From Sphaerodactylus townsendi (lineage: Eukaryota), in the NCBI RefSeq assembly GCF_021028975.2, contig NC_059433.1, forward strand, positions 58,962,001 to 59,026,000: 64,000 nt of DNA, written 5' to 3'. The translations under genes and the position numbers were made by a program. Every line of letters starts with the position of its first letter. Position 1 is the stretch's first letter. The notes beneath the pieces are model-generated. The model had not been told where the DNA came from and made no database searches. It saw only the letters and a list, made by a program, of their open reading frames with translations. This document shows positions 40,998 through 54,229 of the stretch, piece by piece.

Positions 40998-42256
40998 GGG
41001 TGATTCCCCACACTACATTCTGTAGAGCTCAGCCGAGTCCAGCCGAAATTTTCTTCATGAGTCCGACTCGCTGTCATTCCACACTTTGGCCGAGCTGGAT
41101 CTCCCTTAGGCAAGCTCAGAGGGCGGGATGAGGTGGGCATGCCTCTTACTGCTTCATATTCTATTGGCTGCCATGAAAAGTTGGCATATGAGCCCAATTC
41201 GCCGTTAATCCACACATTGCCGAGCTCAGCTCAACTTACCAGAGCTCAGTGGGCGGGTTCGACTCTGTGCGTCATCCGCCCCTCTGCCCCGATTGGTTCC
41301 CTTTCCCATGGCGGGAGACGTGAAATTCCTTTTTTCACGAGCATGTCACAACGCCGGAGGAACTTTCCACACCCTCATGAAGTCGGGGCAGGTTTTGTGG
41401 CTGTTTCCAGAAATGGAATTGTGCTGAACAACCCGCTTATAATCTCTCTTGAGTGCCTTAAATTTATTTCTGCACTCCAGGGGAGACCTTTTATGGCCCC
41501 TAATGCACATCTCCACCACGTCCCTTTCAAAAGGATGGATGTTACGCTGGCATGTCTTGATTATAATGTGGAGCTCAAGCTCACCTCAGGTTTCAAACAA
41601 GTCCCTTGTCTCCCAGTCCCTCCAAGAAATGCCTCTCCCGACCCCTGTGCTACCTGAACCACTATCGGAGGAGGAAGCGGTGGTCTCACAATAGGTATTC
41701 ATTGTAATTCAGCAAGGGATTTCAAAGCAGTGAAATGTCGAATTGCCGACCACCCGCCTTCGAACATCCCTCCTGCAAGTAGGGAGGGAGGGATCTAGGC
41801 AGCAAGCGTTAGTGATTGGTTGACAGACAATAGGCAGGTACAGTAGGGCAACGTGGAATTGATTGCCGGGCAGACGCTCCGTGCGCAACATGAGCAAACG
41901 GTCCCTTTTCAGATTTAGCTTTTCGGCATGGCGACTTTCCAGCTGTACGCATGCTCTTCATGGCCGATTATAATTGACCTGCAGAAAATGCACCGTGATT
42001 GATTAAAGGGAAACTAAGTCCTGATTGGGCAGAGAAAGGAGCGACGCGATTGGCTGGAGGGGCGAGTTGAGTTGAGCTCAGCAGACTGTCTGCAGAAGCG
42101 TGAGCTCGATACGACTTCACGAAAAAGTCCCAGCAGGATCGAGAAGGTCCTGCTTAGGCGGGTTGAAGGAGAGTCGGACTTGGGTCAAGACTGTGCGGAC
42201 AACCTGAGCTTGACACAAGTCGAGCTCTGCTGGTAACGTGCTGTGCGGAATCACCC
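40998..42256 (-). mobile_element. PIF/Harbinger internal-deletion derivative (1259 bp)
   Basis: TIRs GGGTGATTCCCCACAC / GGGTGATTCCGCACAG; 3-bp flanks tga/taa; carries a Myb/SANT ORF remnant. Confidence 0.85.
41346..41702 (-). pseudogene. Myb/SANT-like (trihelix) DNA-binding protein remnant, Harbinger accessory ORF
   Basis: MNTY..GRGISWRDWETRDLFET*GE..TCQRNIHPFE..EMCIRGHKRSPLECRNKFKALKRDYKRVVQHNSISGNSHKTCP. One in-frame TGA at 41588-41586 where Trp is expected. Confidence 0.85.
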
Positions 42257-43974
42257 TAAGACTCCTTACAGGAAAGGCCAGTATAAATACAAACTCCTAT
42301 TGTGGATATCGAGGTAGATTCCATGCTCCAAGAATATAAGGAGTACATGGAACTGATCATTTCCCCTTCTCTGTTCCAGCTGAAGCTCCCCTCCCCGTGA
42401 CATATGGACAAAGGTCCTGTCTTGGGACTCTGTGTGTGCAGCGCAGTTAACAGCCAGTCAGGACCCATGGACTGCTGGCACAGTCAGACAAGAAGTGGGC
42501 GTGAGAAGAAAAGTTGCAAAACCAGCAGTCTGAGTCAGGTACGGTTTGTACCTCCATGGAGATAACCTGTTTTGTCTCAGGCCCATTATACATGGTACGG
42601 TGACCTCGGGGGTTTTCACTGTACAGTTGGCTTGTAGCAGAGTTTTCTCACAGTTTTTTCTCTGTTGACATGTGAAGAGGCATTCACTCCTCCCACGCAG
42701 GAAGAGAACTTTCCAGGGTCTCTGCATCTCCTGGTTTTCTTAACTTCACCCATCAACTCCTTCTTAAAGGACTATAAGGGGCGTTGCAAGATAAGGGGCG
42801 TTGTTAGAGCCCTTTAAATTACAGTCACATCAATATTGCAGTTATATCAAAACTGTAGCCCCTTTCCAAAAATAATCTCCCACCCCACCCCTGCGAATGA
42901 AAGAGGCAAAAGCAATTCACTGGATCACATGCTGCTGAAGAAGGGAACTCTCCCCTCCCTTCCCCTCACACACACTTTCCTGCTGATACAGCTGAGGAGA
43001 AGAGAGAGGATTCTTTTAAAATAAAGGCATGTTTGAAATAAAGTTTTTAAAAGCCCTCCTGGTCACTGGGGAGGGCAGAAGTAGAATGGGGGGGGGAGCC
43101 AAAAAGAGACCCTGCTTGTAATGCTCCTTGGAAAAGTCTTCTCTGTTATTATATCGAGATACTGATATCTTGATATGAGCATTTAGAGAAGCAGGAAGGA
43201 GCTAGCAACATGGAAGGGGTACAAGGGTGAAAGGCATGAATGGCAGTGCGAAGGAGTGGGAAGTACAGCTAGGTAGGTTGGCCATGGGCTGAGGGAACAT
43301 GTAAGGTAGGTTAGGCCAACAGTGTGAAACTGGTTCAAGGTCACCGAGTGAGCTTCCAGGTCAGAGTCAGGAACCTGGGTCTCCCAGATCTTAGTCTGAT
43401 ATCTAACACCACATAAGCTATGCTTAACTTGTTGCTTATTTACAACTCTTATTTTACACAACCTCCAACCAATTTTCCAAACTGGAGTGGGGGACAAAGA
43501 TATGCTCAGGCATTTTACATTAAAATCCTAAACAAGATTACACCGTTCCAAATCTGTTGAAGTAAATGGGCTTAAAAGGGCATAACTCTGGTTAGAATTG
43601 CAGTGTTAGCTTAAAGTAGAAATTATTCATTTCAAGTAAAGAGCATCTTTGTAATTAATGGACTTACCATAGCTCTACTTGCACAAGATTTTGTGCAATG
43701 CCTAGCACACTCCTTCTTGTATATTACAGTGCTCAGAAACTGGCTTTACAAGATCTTACACAAGCAGACCTGCAACTGAAGATACAACAAGGCTGTCTTA
43801 GGGCATGTAGCCACCATGGCCGTTTCCTTGTATTTCCACTTTTGAATAAAATGAAAGTATAAATATATATATATATTTATTTATTTCTTCAATTTATATA
43901 CCGCCCGATTTATATACCGCCCGAAGGGGATATATCACAAGTAGTATAATATTATACCCTAAAGTTGCATGTAT

Positions 43975-44107
43975 AACCTCTGTGGTGCATAGTAGTAAGC
44001 TACAGTACACCAATCCAAGCTCTGCTCACGACCTGAGTTCAATCCTGACAGAAGTTGGCTTCAGGTAGCCGGGTCAAGGTTGACTCAGCCTTCCATCCTT
44101 CTGAGGA
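43975..44107 (+). mobile_element. Sauria SINE 5' part, followed by a MITE fragment to ~44335
   Basis: agctacagtac..gacctgagttcaatcc..ggttgactcagccttccatcctt. Confidence 0.7.
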
Positions 44108-46599
44108 GAGAAGGGAAAAATAAACCGAGCCATCTCCGCAGTGTTTGCATTGCAGCGGGATCGGTGCAGGATTTTTGAAAAGAATCGCCAATTTAGCAAT
44201 TTTTGAAAACTCTGGGATAAGGGAAATCTCGCAGGGCGGGCCTGATTTAGGGCCAGAAGCTATGTGTAAATCATGTGCAGACCGGGACATTTTACCTCCC
44301 CATACCAGGATATTTGGTCCATGTGGAAAACGCCTCTGTGTGTACGAAATATGCTTTGTTGGAGCCTTCATAGGAACATCCTCAAACAAAATATCAACCA
44401 TAATAGTTATTATATGTGTAAAAGGGGTCAATTCATGGTCATTTGCCTACATATTGTTAAACAAAGAATACAACTAACTTGAATGCGGTGAAAGAGTTTG
44501 ACAGGTGTGGCAGTTTGATTGTATCACACAGGACTAAATTAATATGAATTATAATAATAAGCAAAGCACATGGTAATAAATATGACCCCCGCCTCCCCAC
44601 AATAGTTTTCTACTAGCCCATTTTCTTCTTTGAAAATAATTATTCTACTTCTTGATAAATGTACTTTCAGGGAAAAAATATTTAAATGTTTTTAAAAGAG
44701 AGACAGAAGGTTTCGTAGACAAATTTACACTATTTCAAAATACACATGGTTAAATGTAACAAAACCACAAATGCTTTGGTCAAGATTCATCACCTTTTTT
44801 TATCCAACTGCTAATTTCTCAGGTTCTCAGAATATTTTTATCAACTGGCACACAGTTCTGCACCATATGGCATGATGCACAAGCACATGAAGCAGGAAAT
44901 GGATCAGAATATATAGAAAAATAAAAATATTTGTTATGCCTAAACCAGCTTAGACAAAGGTACACAGGTTCTGTAACTCTTCAAATAAAACGCACACTTG
45001 GGTTATTCCAGCCTTAGGATAACATATTAACCATCTCTACTTTATATAATAGCATCACAAAATAGTCAACTTATAACTCCAGATTCTTTCTCCAAGTGCT
45101 ATGGTTATGCATGAAAGTCATATGTCCCTCTATTCAAAAATAGAAAGTGATAGAACATTGGAAGCATTTTCATAAATTGAGACAAACCGCATTGATTCTC
45201 CCTACTACAGTTACTCAAAAGAAAAGCTGCACTAGCCATTTTCTTCTGTTCACTCTTCAGCAAATAATCATTTTGGTACGGCAGCCTTTCAAATTATGAA
45301 TCAGCATGTTTTCTGTAGGGTCTGACAAAGAACTGGTGCAAGACAGTGTTTGTGGCCACTTGCTAATTGAATTGGGTACAAAGCTAGATTGTCCTGAAAG
45401 CAGCTCAAACCACTTGCAGAGTAGGCGTGAGAAATGAAAACGTGGTGGCAGAGATTTCTTCAAACAGCAAGTTTGGTGTTTCAGTCCAACCCATAGATGA
45501 GGATAACATCTGACTCTCTTAATTAAAAGGGCTCTTCAAACTCCTTATGAAAGATTTGAATCAGAAACTTCCCATTGGTAGTGATTCAACCCATGACTTT
45601 TAAATTGCATCAAGATTATAGTACCAAACCCTAATCTAATGAACAGCAATATCTTTCCTCTTCTTTTCCAAACCCTTATGAAATACTTCACACAAAATCA
45701 AAGATGAAACAGTCTACCCAACATACTTTAATAGGTTTCCTAAACTCCACAACATACCTCTCTTCTCCAAAAATCCCATAGCTGTCATCCATATGTATCT
45801 CACCGCAGAGGGCAATATGGCAGGGATTCCAACAACCTGACCTGCACAGCAGCAATCTGCAGAGATGTCATCACGACCTGTACATGGTCACCAATATAAT
45901 ACTGAAATACTTAAAATGGTGATACTAATGACATCTTGTAATCACTTCTTGTTAGATCTAGGGACATGATCAATAAAGAGAAGTCTAGGAAAAATCCTCT
46001 GAACTAATCTACCTGCAACCCCGTGCTGCCACTTACTAAATATATTTGTATTCCACCTACAAGGAGTAGTGTACATCATTCTCCCATCCACAGAGGATAT
46101 AACAATTTTTCCATTTCTAGCTTTCCACAAACAATGTTTCCTGTAGATGCTCTGGCTAGCATCATGTTTACCATGTATGCTTGCCCATATGTGAGGAGCA
46201 TTCACACTGCACTGACCAACTGCTGATATCCAATAAAGGCCGACACTCAGAGAAAGCGCCTTTTAAATGTCATACCAGTCACATGGAAACTCTGCAGGGA
46301 TAACTGGCTTTGGTACAACAGTGTTATGTCGAAAGCAGGCCATAGCTCTGTAGGAATTTCAAGACTGGGTTTCAGTCAACCTCTAAGAATCTAGATTATC
46401 ACGGACTTATTATAAAGTTACCAAACCTCAGTTATCTAGGTTACAGTAAAATGCTTTACGCTGGACTTCACTTGAAGATGATCTGGAAACTTCAGCTGTT
46501 AAAACATGCAGAATCCTGTTTGTCACCAGGATCTATGTGATGGGACCATATTGCTCTTATTCTTATTGTTCTTATCCAAGCTCCTTTTTTTTTGGCTGT

Positions 46600-47180
46600 C
46601 TGTATGTTTCCAGGTCTTTCTATCTATCACGTTTATACCATGCCATATCTCAGCGACTCAATGCGGCTTACAATAAAAACAATCCAAAAATACAATAAAT
46701 AAGTATAAATATAGACATTTTAAAAGCAGAAACACATAAGTTTAAGAACAAATCCAAAGATGGAGTAAAGACAATCCAACATGGGAGCACACAAAAACAA
46801 AACCAGAGTGCACATGCCCTGTTGAATGAGGACCAGAGATGATTTTTAAAAAGAAGGAAGGACCGGCAAGCTCAACAGAGAAGGTCCGGCAGCTCTGATT
46901 TACAGGCCCTGTGGAATTACGGCAAGCTCTGCAGGTCCTGGATGTCACCAGGAAGAGCATTCCACCAGACTGAGGTCAAGGCCATAAAAGCCCTGGCCCA
47001 TGTCGAAGCCAGCTGAACAGTCCTGGGGCCCAGGACCACCATCAAATTCTCCTCTGTGGACTGGAGGGGTCTCTGAGGGCAATGCGGGGAGAGGAGGTCA
47101 TGCAGGTATGTAGGTCCAAGACCACTAACAGCCTTAAAGGTCAGTACCAAAACTCTGAAGATGACCCAGTACTTGACAGG
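46600..47180 (-). mobile_element. L2 LINE 3' end
   Basis: VLTFKAVSGLGPTYLHDLLSP..RAF..WWNALP. Confidence 0.85.
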
Positions 47181-49760
47181 CAGGTTGTGCCCATGTTACC
47201 TCTAATTAACTCTGACTAACTAACACTGTGAATACTTTCTGGGCTTTCACTGACTACATTTTAATTTTACATTTTCCTGCATTTCATGGACTTTTGACTA
47301 GGTTCACAATATTTTTCTTCATATTCTTGTGTGTATGGGTGTATCCTCCTAGCAAGGACATGCATCTGATTAAGTGTGCCTTAATGCCCCAAAGTTTATA
47401 CTAGATAAAAATGTCTTCCCCTTTAAGGTACTGAAAGACGTTTCTTTATTTTTAGAAAGGAAGTCAGTCAAGAGATTGATGAATCTCCTCAGAGATTCCA
47501 TTCTGTGTGTAGAGTTATTATTCCCTCCCTCCCCCCCCCTCCAAATATAAGGATATTTGGAGTGTACGAGATTGCATACCCAGAATTAGTGAATGTGACT
47601 CAGTTATGCCATAATAGTAAAGAGATCCTGACTTGCCTGTCAGTTGAAACCATGTTGGTAGGATGAGAGATTCTAGTCTTCTTGTGCAAGCACCAGGTCT
47701 TGACTGACCCATGAGGTGATGTCACATCATGACATTTTATTGAGCCTGTGTTAGGTTTAGTTAAACTATATTTGGTTGTCAAACACCTCAACGCTAAAAC
47801 ATACAGACCATCATAAGTTACAATAAACTTCACATTTCTTTGTATATCCCACAACAGAAACTTGCACAGAGCCTTGTATAAAAGGGCACAAAAGTCACCA
47901 CGTGTTCAAAAGTTACTCATCCATATGCCCACACATACTTATGTTACTCATCTGTGATGTCAAAAGAAAGGAGAACTAAAATTCTGCCCAGCTGAGAATT
48001 CTTACTCACTACAGTTGACAAGATAAATAGCTATTTATAAGGCTCATTATTTCCTCGGAAAGCTGTTAAAATCACAGACGCAGACATATGGACCTTATTG
48101 TTCTGCTTTAAAACAAGTTTCCCAAAGTCTTATTGTGCAACATGTTTTAGTACTGTAAGTAATGATGCAGCATTAACTTGGTAAACTTGATGCCTTCAGA
48201 AAAAAATTGCATGAAATTTGAGCTCAAAATCTACTATGTAAACACTTCAATTCCACTGCGCTCTGATGAATAAAAAGGCATCCTAAACTTTACTAGATAA
48301 AAGAAATACACAAATAATTTATAAAATATGTCCTCAAAAATCTTGAAAACAATTCACCAGTACTATTTCAATGCATAAACACCACTGAGGAAACAATTCT
48401 AAGCTTCCTTTCATGATCCACTTGAAATCCAAAACTCACTTCCTGTAAAAACCCTCTTAATACAGTATTCTCTTACCTATCCCAGTGGCATTCAAACAAA
48501 TGACATCTCAACAACAGATCTGAAACTGGAAATAAAGGGCACTATCTATCCCCTTTGGGTATGGCTGCTCATATAGAAGTGGAGTTAGCACACACTGTCA
48601 CCTTTCTTTCCCAGATGACTCTTGGGCTCAGGAAAGTTGCAGATCAGATGCACGGGAAGCAAAAAGATGGTTAAATGTTTATAGGGAATGCATGCTGCCC
48701 ATTACGCACATACTTTTTCATTAAGTCACAGCTGACTTATGGTGACCCTGAAGGGTTTTCAAGGCAAGACATGTCTGAAGGTGGTTTGCCATTGCCTGCT
48801 TCTGGTGTTCATGACCCTGGTGTTCCATGGAGGTCTCCCATCCAAATACTAGCCAGGGTCACAGCTGAGTGTCTGACTGGCCCAAGGTCACCCGGCAAGC
48901 TTCCATGGCACAAGTGAGTATGTGGACCTGGGTTTTCCATGTCCTAGTCCATTTTCCATGCTGGTTCTCGCTGCCCACTTACAGAAAAGTCCTGGTCTGA
49001 ACCCAGAACCTATAGTCAGACAAATCACACCCCAAGTATGTGCCATTGCACAAACATTTAGTGAACACTACCAGAGTTATTACTACTAAAAGCAAACTCA
49101 TTTGCCAATTTTTCAAGAACAACATAATCCACCTATTCCAATAAAAGTAACCAGAACTAGGTTTCTACAGAAAACCTGCCATTTTAACAGTAATCTGAGT
49201 TACAAGCAATATATAACTCTAGCTCTTTATGACATAAACAACATTGTTCCAGGTATTCAAGTAATCAAAGACACCTTTAAGGAGAGACCTATTTGGAATC
49301 ATCAACCCAGGGGTCAAATAAAGAAAGATACCAGCTCCTAATGAAGAGTAAGAATCAGGAGAGTTTTCTTGGCTTGGGCTAACCCTTTAAGATTCAGTCT
49401 TTGTTTCAAGGTCATCAAATGCTATCCCATCTCAAAGCCCCCCGGGGATTGGGCGGTTTATAAATTCAAATAATAAATAAATAAAATAAATAAATAAGTA
49501 TTGCAAGGCCAGAGAAAACTTATAATTATAGATATTACAATGTGGCCAGGCACATCATGACTGCAGAAATAAGATTTAAAAAATCAAAGTTCCCGTTAGC
49601 ATGGTAACAGTGTTTGGATAATGGATGGACTGCAATCAGAGTTATAACTGAAATTAATCTGAGGAACTGGAACATTTTTGTCTGGCTGGCACATTACCAC
49701 AGAACTTATTCTTTATTCAGCTCTACAATTTCCAAAGCATTCAACAGAGAGTTTTTCATT

Positions 49761-49995
49761 CCAGTGTGGTGCAGTGGTTAAAAACGGCAGACTGTGTCTA
49801 GAGAACCATGTTTGATTCTCTGTTCCTCCACATGAAGCCTTTGGGTGATGGTGGGCTAGTCACAGCCCCACCCACCTACCTTACAAGGTGTTTGTTGTGG
49901 CGAGGGAAAGGAAAGGTGATTGAAAGCCACTTTGTGCCTCCTTAGGGTACAGGAAAGCACAATATAAAATCAACTCCTCTTCCTCCTTCTCCTTC
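49761..49995 (+). mobile_element. Squam3-type SINE
   Basis: Head ccagtgtggtgcagtggttaa; (ctt)-like tail. Confidence 0.8.
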
Positions 49996-52900
49996 AGAAG
50001 TAGAGGTCTTTGCAGGAATGTTTGAATCTAAGGCCTCCACTTTCTGGGCACATTTAGCCCTTCCTCCGCCCATTTCTGTCAGGGCTGTTCATTAATGTTT
50101 GAAAATGGAAACATGAACTAGATTTTGGAATCTGCCAATTCCTACCAGCTAATATCTGAATAAGACAGTAATGTCAACGAAGAGACAAGCCAAGGCAAGC
50201 ATCCATGGTCAGCTGACATAGAGCTGTTCTGTAGAAAACTTCACTTTTAATAATATGCTCAAAAGTGTCTGCAGCAGTAGATATTTTAAGATTACAGTCA
50301 ATACTCAGATCTTAATATTGCCGAGGAATGGACAATTATTTAGAGCAAGAGAAAGTTGTTTCCAGATGACAAGCATCTTAAATATGATTTCTGGACCAAA
50401 GGATTTACAGCACTGACTACAATTTTATCAGCCTGTCCTTATAGATGTGCTTTTGGTTTTGTAAAGGCTTAGGAAATCACAAAATATAAAGTTGGCTCAA
50501 GAGAGAGTTTCTCCATAAAAGATGGAACATCTTGTGCAAAATAGTGAAAACATATGACAATATCCACTGATTGTACGTAACCACTTCGAACTTTCAGTTC
50601 TTCCACGAGGAAAAAAAATAACCACGACCAACAGAAAACAAAAGCAACACAGAGGCATATAACTGAAAATATTCTTCATCTGGCCAATTTTTCCTGAGAG
50701 GTAGAACTCTTTTGAAGGATTTCCCTAATATTTGAAGGCACAAATCTAAATCATAGCACAAGTGAAACTTTGGTCAAGGCCTCTAAGCGTGAACCGCAAT
50801 GATTAAAATAAAAAATCTCAGCCAAAAACTATCCAGAATGAGAAGAAAAATACTACTGTATGTAAATGATCATGAAAAGGCACTAAACAGTGTACATTAA
50901 AGTGATATGGCAACAGAACCTAGCATTTTCCAAGCAACACTTTCTCTTTTTGCTGTTATCATTTAATAATCCAGTAAAACCTTCTTGCTATTTTCATTTC
51001 AATTAGAGACATCCAACATCCTTTTAGATATAGAATTAGTCATTTGCCATTTACATCCTTCCTATGAATGGTCCATTTGAGGCTCTGAAGATGTTATGAA
51101 ACAATTTAAAGGTAAAACAGCAGAAGCATTCTTGGCTCAGAAGTAATGCAGATAACCCAGACGCTCTCCAAAGAATATGAAAATATATAAACAGGATTTC
51201 CAAATGTGCACACTAAACCAGAATGAGGCAATGGTTTATCTAACATGCTAATACATCCTGAAATGATTATCTATTCATGGATTCGGTGTTATAATGTTTG
51301 GCTGGCACATGCTGAACAAAAACAGACAGAGAACATGAAGATAATAGGTAACCATAATTTCATCCCTTTTTACTGGAACTGATCAAGCTATTTATAAGGC
51401 ACCAGGGGACTCAAACTGAACCCTGCATCAGACAGGCCCCGGCACCTCAGAACATGTTTGTAGGACTAGCTGCAGAATAAAAAACAGAAAAGGTCTGGAA
51501 TATGTGCATTCCAGCAGCAGCATCTGAGCTGCAATGTCCGCTGTAGCATCGGTCATGTGACAACCAGGGCCAATCAGGACACCTTGGGCTTACAAAGCCT
51601 GGGCCTACAACTTCAGTGTGGTCAGCTTGTCTCCTGAAAGCAGATCCATCTCAGAAGTGTAGCTGGGCAGGAGTGTGCCCGGGGCGCACTCCGTGTTTTC
51701 CGCCCCCCTATGGACCTGCCCCCTCTCCCTCTCCTTGCAACCTCCTCCAGGTATGCTCCCAGTGCAACTCACACACACAGACCGCCACCTCCCCCTTGTA
51801 GCTCCACTATTGCACGCCCCTCTCTGGTTGCTGGATCTTACCTCCAGCCTCAGCCCCTCATCTGACTCCTTGGAAAACCCAACTCTCAGTCTGATTTTGA
51901 CCTTATTTCCTACATCTGGCCCTTGGTACTTCATCTAAGTTCTTGGAAAGTCAGAATACAGTTTCTTTTGACCTTGCCATTTTTCCTTGTACCCCTAGAC
52001 TGAGCTCTGCTCCTTGACAATATCACAAAACAGTGACAAGCTTTAAAGCTTCCCCAAATTCTTCATCAGGATAAATTTTAAGGGAAAAAAAGGGAGGGGG
52101 GAAAGAAAGTTGTTTCTGGGCCTCAGTCAACAGCTTGAAAGAATCTTAAAATGGAATACAGCTGTGCTGTTGCAAACTTAATTGGTTTATGCAGAGTTGG
52201 ATGTAGAACAAGTTTTGGGATACACCAAAGGTTACTGGAACGGAGATGCAAAACAATGGCCACACATTTTCAGAAAGCAAGCAATTGATCAACAGCTAAT
52301 TAGTGCCCATGCTGGGCAGAAACATCTCATTAACTGCTGGCTTACATATTCTCAAAGGCAAGTAGTCTACAAAGCAACTTCTTCCCATAGGATTGCTGCT
52401 TCAATTTCTAAAGGATTGACAGTGCCTAAAGATGTCATTCTGCAGCCTATTTCCATTCCACTTGGGGAACAGCAGAATGGGATCTGTGATATCACAGCAT
52501 TTGCCATATCAGCAGGCATCAGTTTCAACAATGCATAAGGTCTAAAACAACAGGACTAGAACACTCCCCAAAGGCATCATGTGACATGTTCTCCACACAG
52601 CACTCCACACAAGACATTTGGTGGCAAGGAACTTTATCCCAATCACTGCAAACCAACAATGATAGCAGCTTCATATACACCACGCCTAGTACCAGGTTTG
52701 TGTTTAAGTTGGAAACCAATTGAGTGGCTTCTGTTGATGGAGGGGGATTCTGTTTTGGGGGGGATTATGCCTATCTAGTGCAATGAATAAGGATATCAAA
52801 TTCTCTTTCCTAAAGGAAAAAAACCCTTCAATACATAGTGACAGCAAGACTTCAACAATACACATGTCCCTAGTGCTTTCACGGGTCTCATGCTTATTTG

Positions 52901-53625
52901 TTTGGTGAAAATCCTGTCTGTATTTTTTTAATTATGAGATTTCACACTATCCATTCGGACTGATGAGAATGAAAGCAACGGCAAATTATTCTGCATATGT
53001 CAGGAGGAGATGGCCATGAGTATATTCTTATTCCATTAGTGGATCCAGCACAAGTGTTGTTCTTTAACAGGTGAAACAGGCAAAGTCATTCCTAGCTGCA
53101 GGGGTCAATCTTGTTCCTGTATGCAAATTAGTTTTTCATAGGGGTTGGAGGTGGTTAAGCATTTTTTAAACTTTTAACTGTGGAATCATCTCAGAGAAAG
53201 AGACTATTTATTTGTATGTATTTTTATCCCACCCTATACCTGATAGTCTCAAGGCAGGTTACAATTTAAGAATCCCTCTCCAACTACTAACAAAGAGAGT
53301 AGCTACAAAATGAGAATGAGAGAGTAAGACGGCTAATGGAGGGACAGCTTCCTCAGGCAGGCACACCTTATCCAGTATCTGATGCTGGTCATGCAGATAA
53401 CAACACTTTCCCCCTGGGCTCTTCATCAAAATGTGTTAAGGAAAGCAATAGATGGCCAATTTTCCTCTGCATGAGTCAGCTACAAAACTGATAATAGCAT
53501 GAGGGGACTGAGCACGTAGGTACAGTGTTCGCCTGCATAGTTTCATATGACTGGGCTCTGCCACTTAGAGTACGGCTTTGCTGAAGGTCATTGCTACAAT
53601 TAAATAGGTTAGAATTGGTGAGCAG

Positions 53626-53764
53626 CAGTGGCGTGGCGCAAGGGGACATGGGGTGTGTGGCGTGGCATGGTGCCAAGGGAGCAGGGAGGCGTGGCATGGT
53701 GTGGCGGGCAGGGGCGCAGGGCACACACGTGCCCTGGGCGCAGTTCCCCCTCGCTACAACCCTG
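53626..53764. mobile_element. hAT MITE
   Basis: cagtggcgtggc..gctacaaccctg with perfect 8-bp TSD gtgagcag (53618-53625, 53765-53772). Relatives at ~51650-51810 and 59689-59790. Confidence 0.85.
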
Positions 53765-54229
53765 GTGAGCAGATCAGACTAACTCTGACCTCTTGATAAT
53801 GTTTCACCTGGACTCCTATTGTCTTTCACTTGCCCACTCTCCCTCTTTTTCCAATCCTGTTGAAAGGAGAGGAGATGTGGCTAAGTGGCTTAAGGTGTCA
53901 AAGGATGGTCCCATCAGGCAAACACAAATGACATGTTTTTATGAAATTCTCATTGTAAAAATCATGACCATTAAATGCTAACAGACAAAAATTGGGTTTC
54001 CTTTGCTCAACTGCTGAGGTACGTGGCAAATTCTTGCATGAACGTCCCACACATTCTTCTTCCTTCTCTCTTCCCCCCCCCCTTAAAATTTCCCCCCAAA
54101 ATCATTAGCAACCAAAATGAATATGGAAGTGAAATGCTTTCAACACTAGGAAAAATGAAAGAGGTTGGGACTTTTTAGTTCAGAAAAAGATGACCAAGGA
54201 GAAAGTTGATAGCTGTTTATGCACAGGGT

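Larger units (their letters stand above)
40748..42298 (+). mobile_element. Squam3-type SINE split by a DNA transposon
   Basis: SINE runs to tttgtaagccactctga (40997) and resumes gactccttacagg..tataaatacaaactcct (42260 onward). Confidence 0.85.

Noticed and set aside
48477-48525. Possible 49-nt minus-strand cassette/poison exon (tttatttccag ... gtaaga)
   Set aside because: Such pseudo-exons are expected by chance in a 56-kb intron. No P450 similarity and no transcript evidence.
52182-52538. 118-aa ORF in non-repeat DNA
   Set aside because: TTG start, no domain and no splice context; treated as non-coding.
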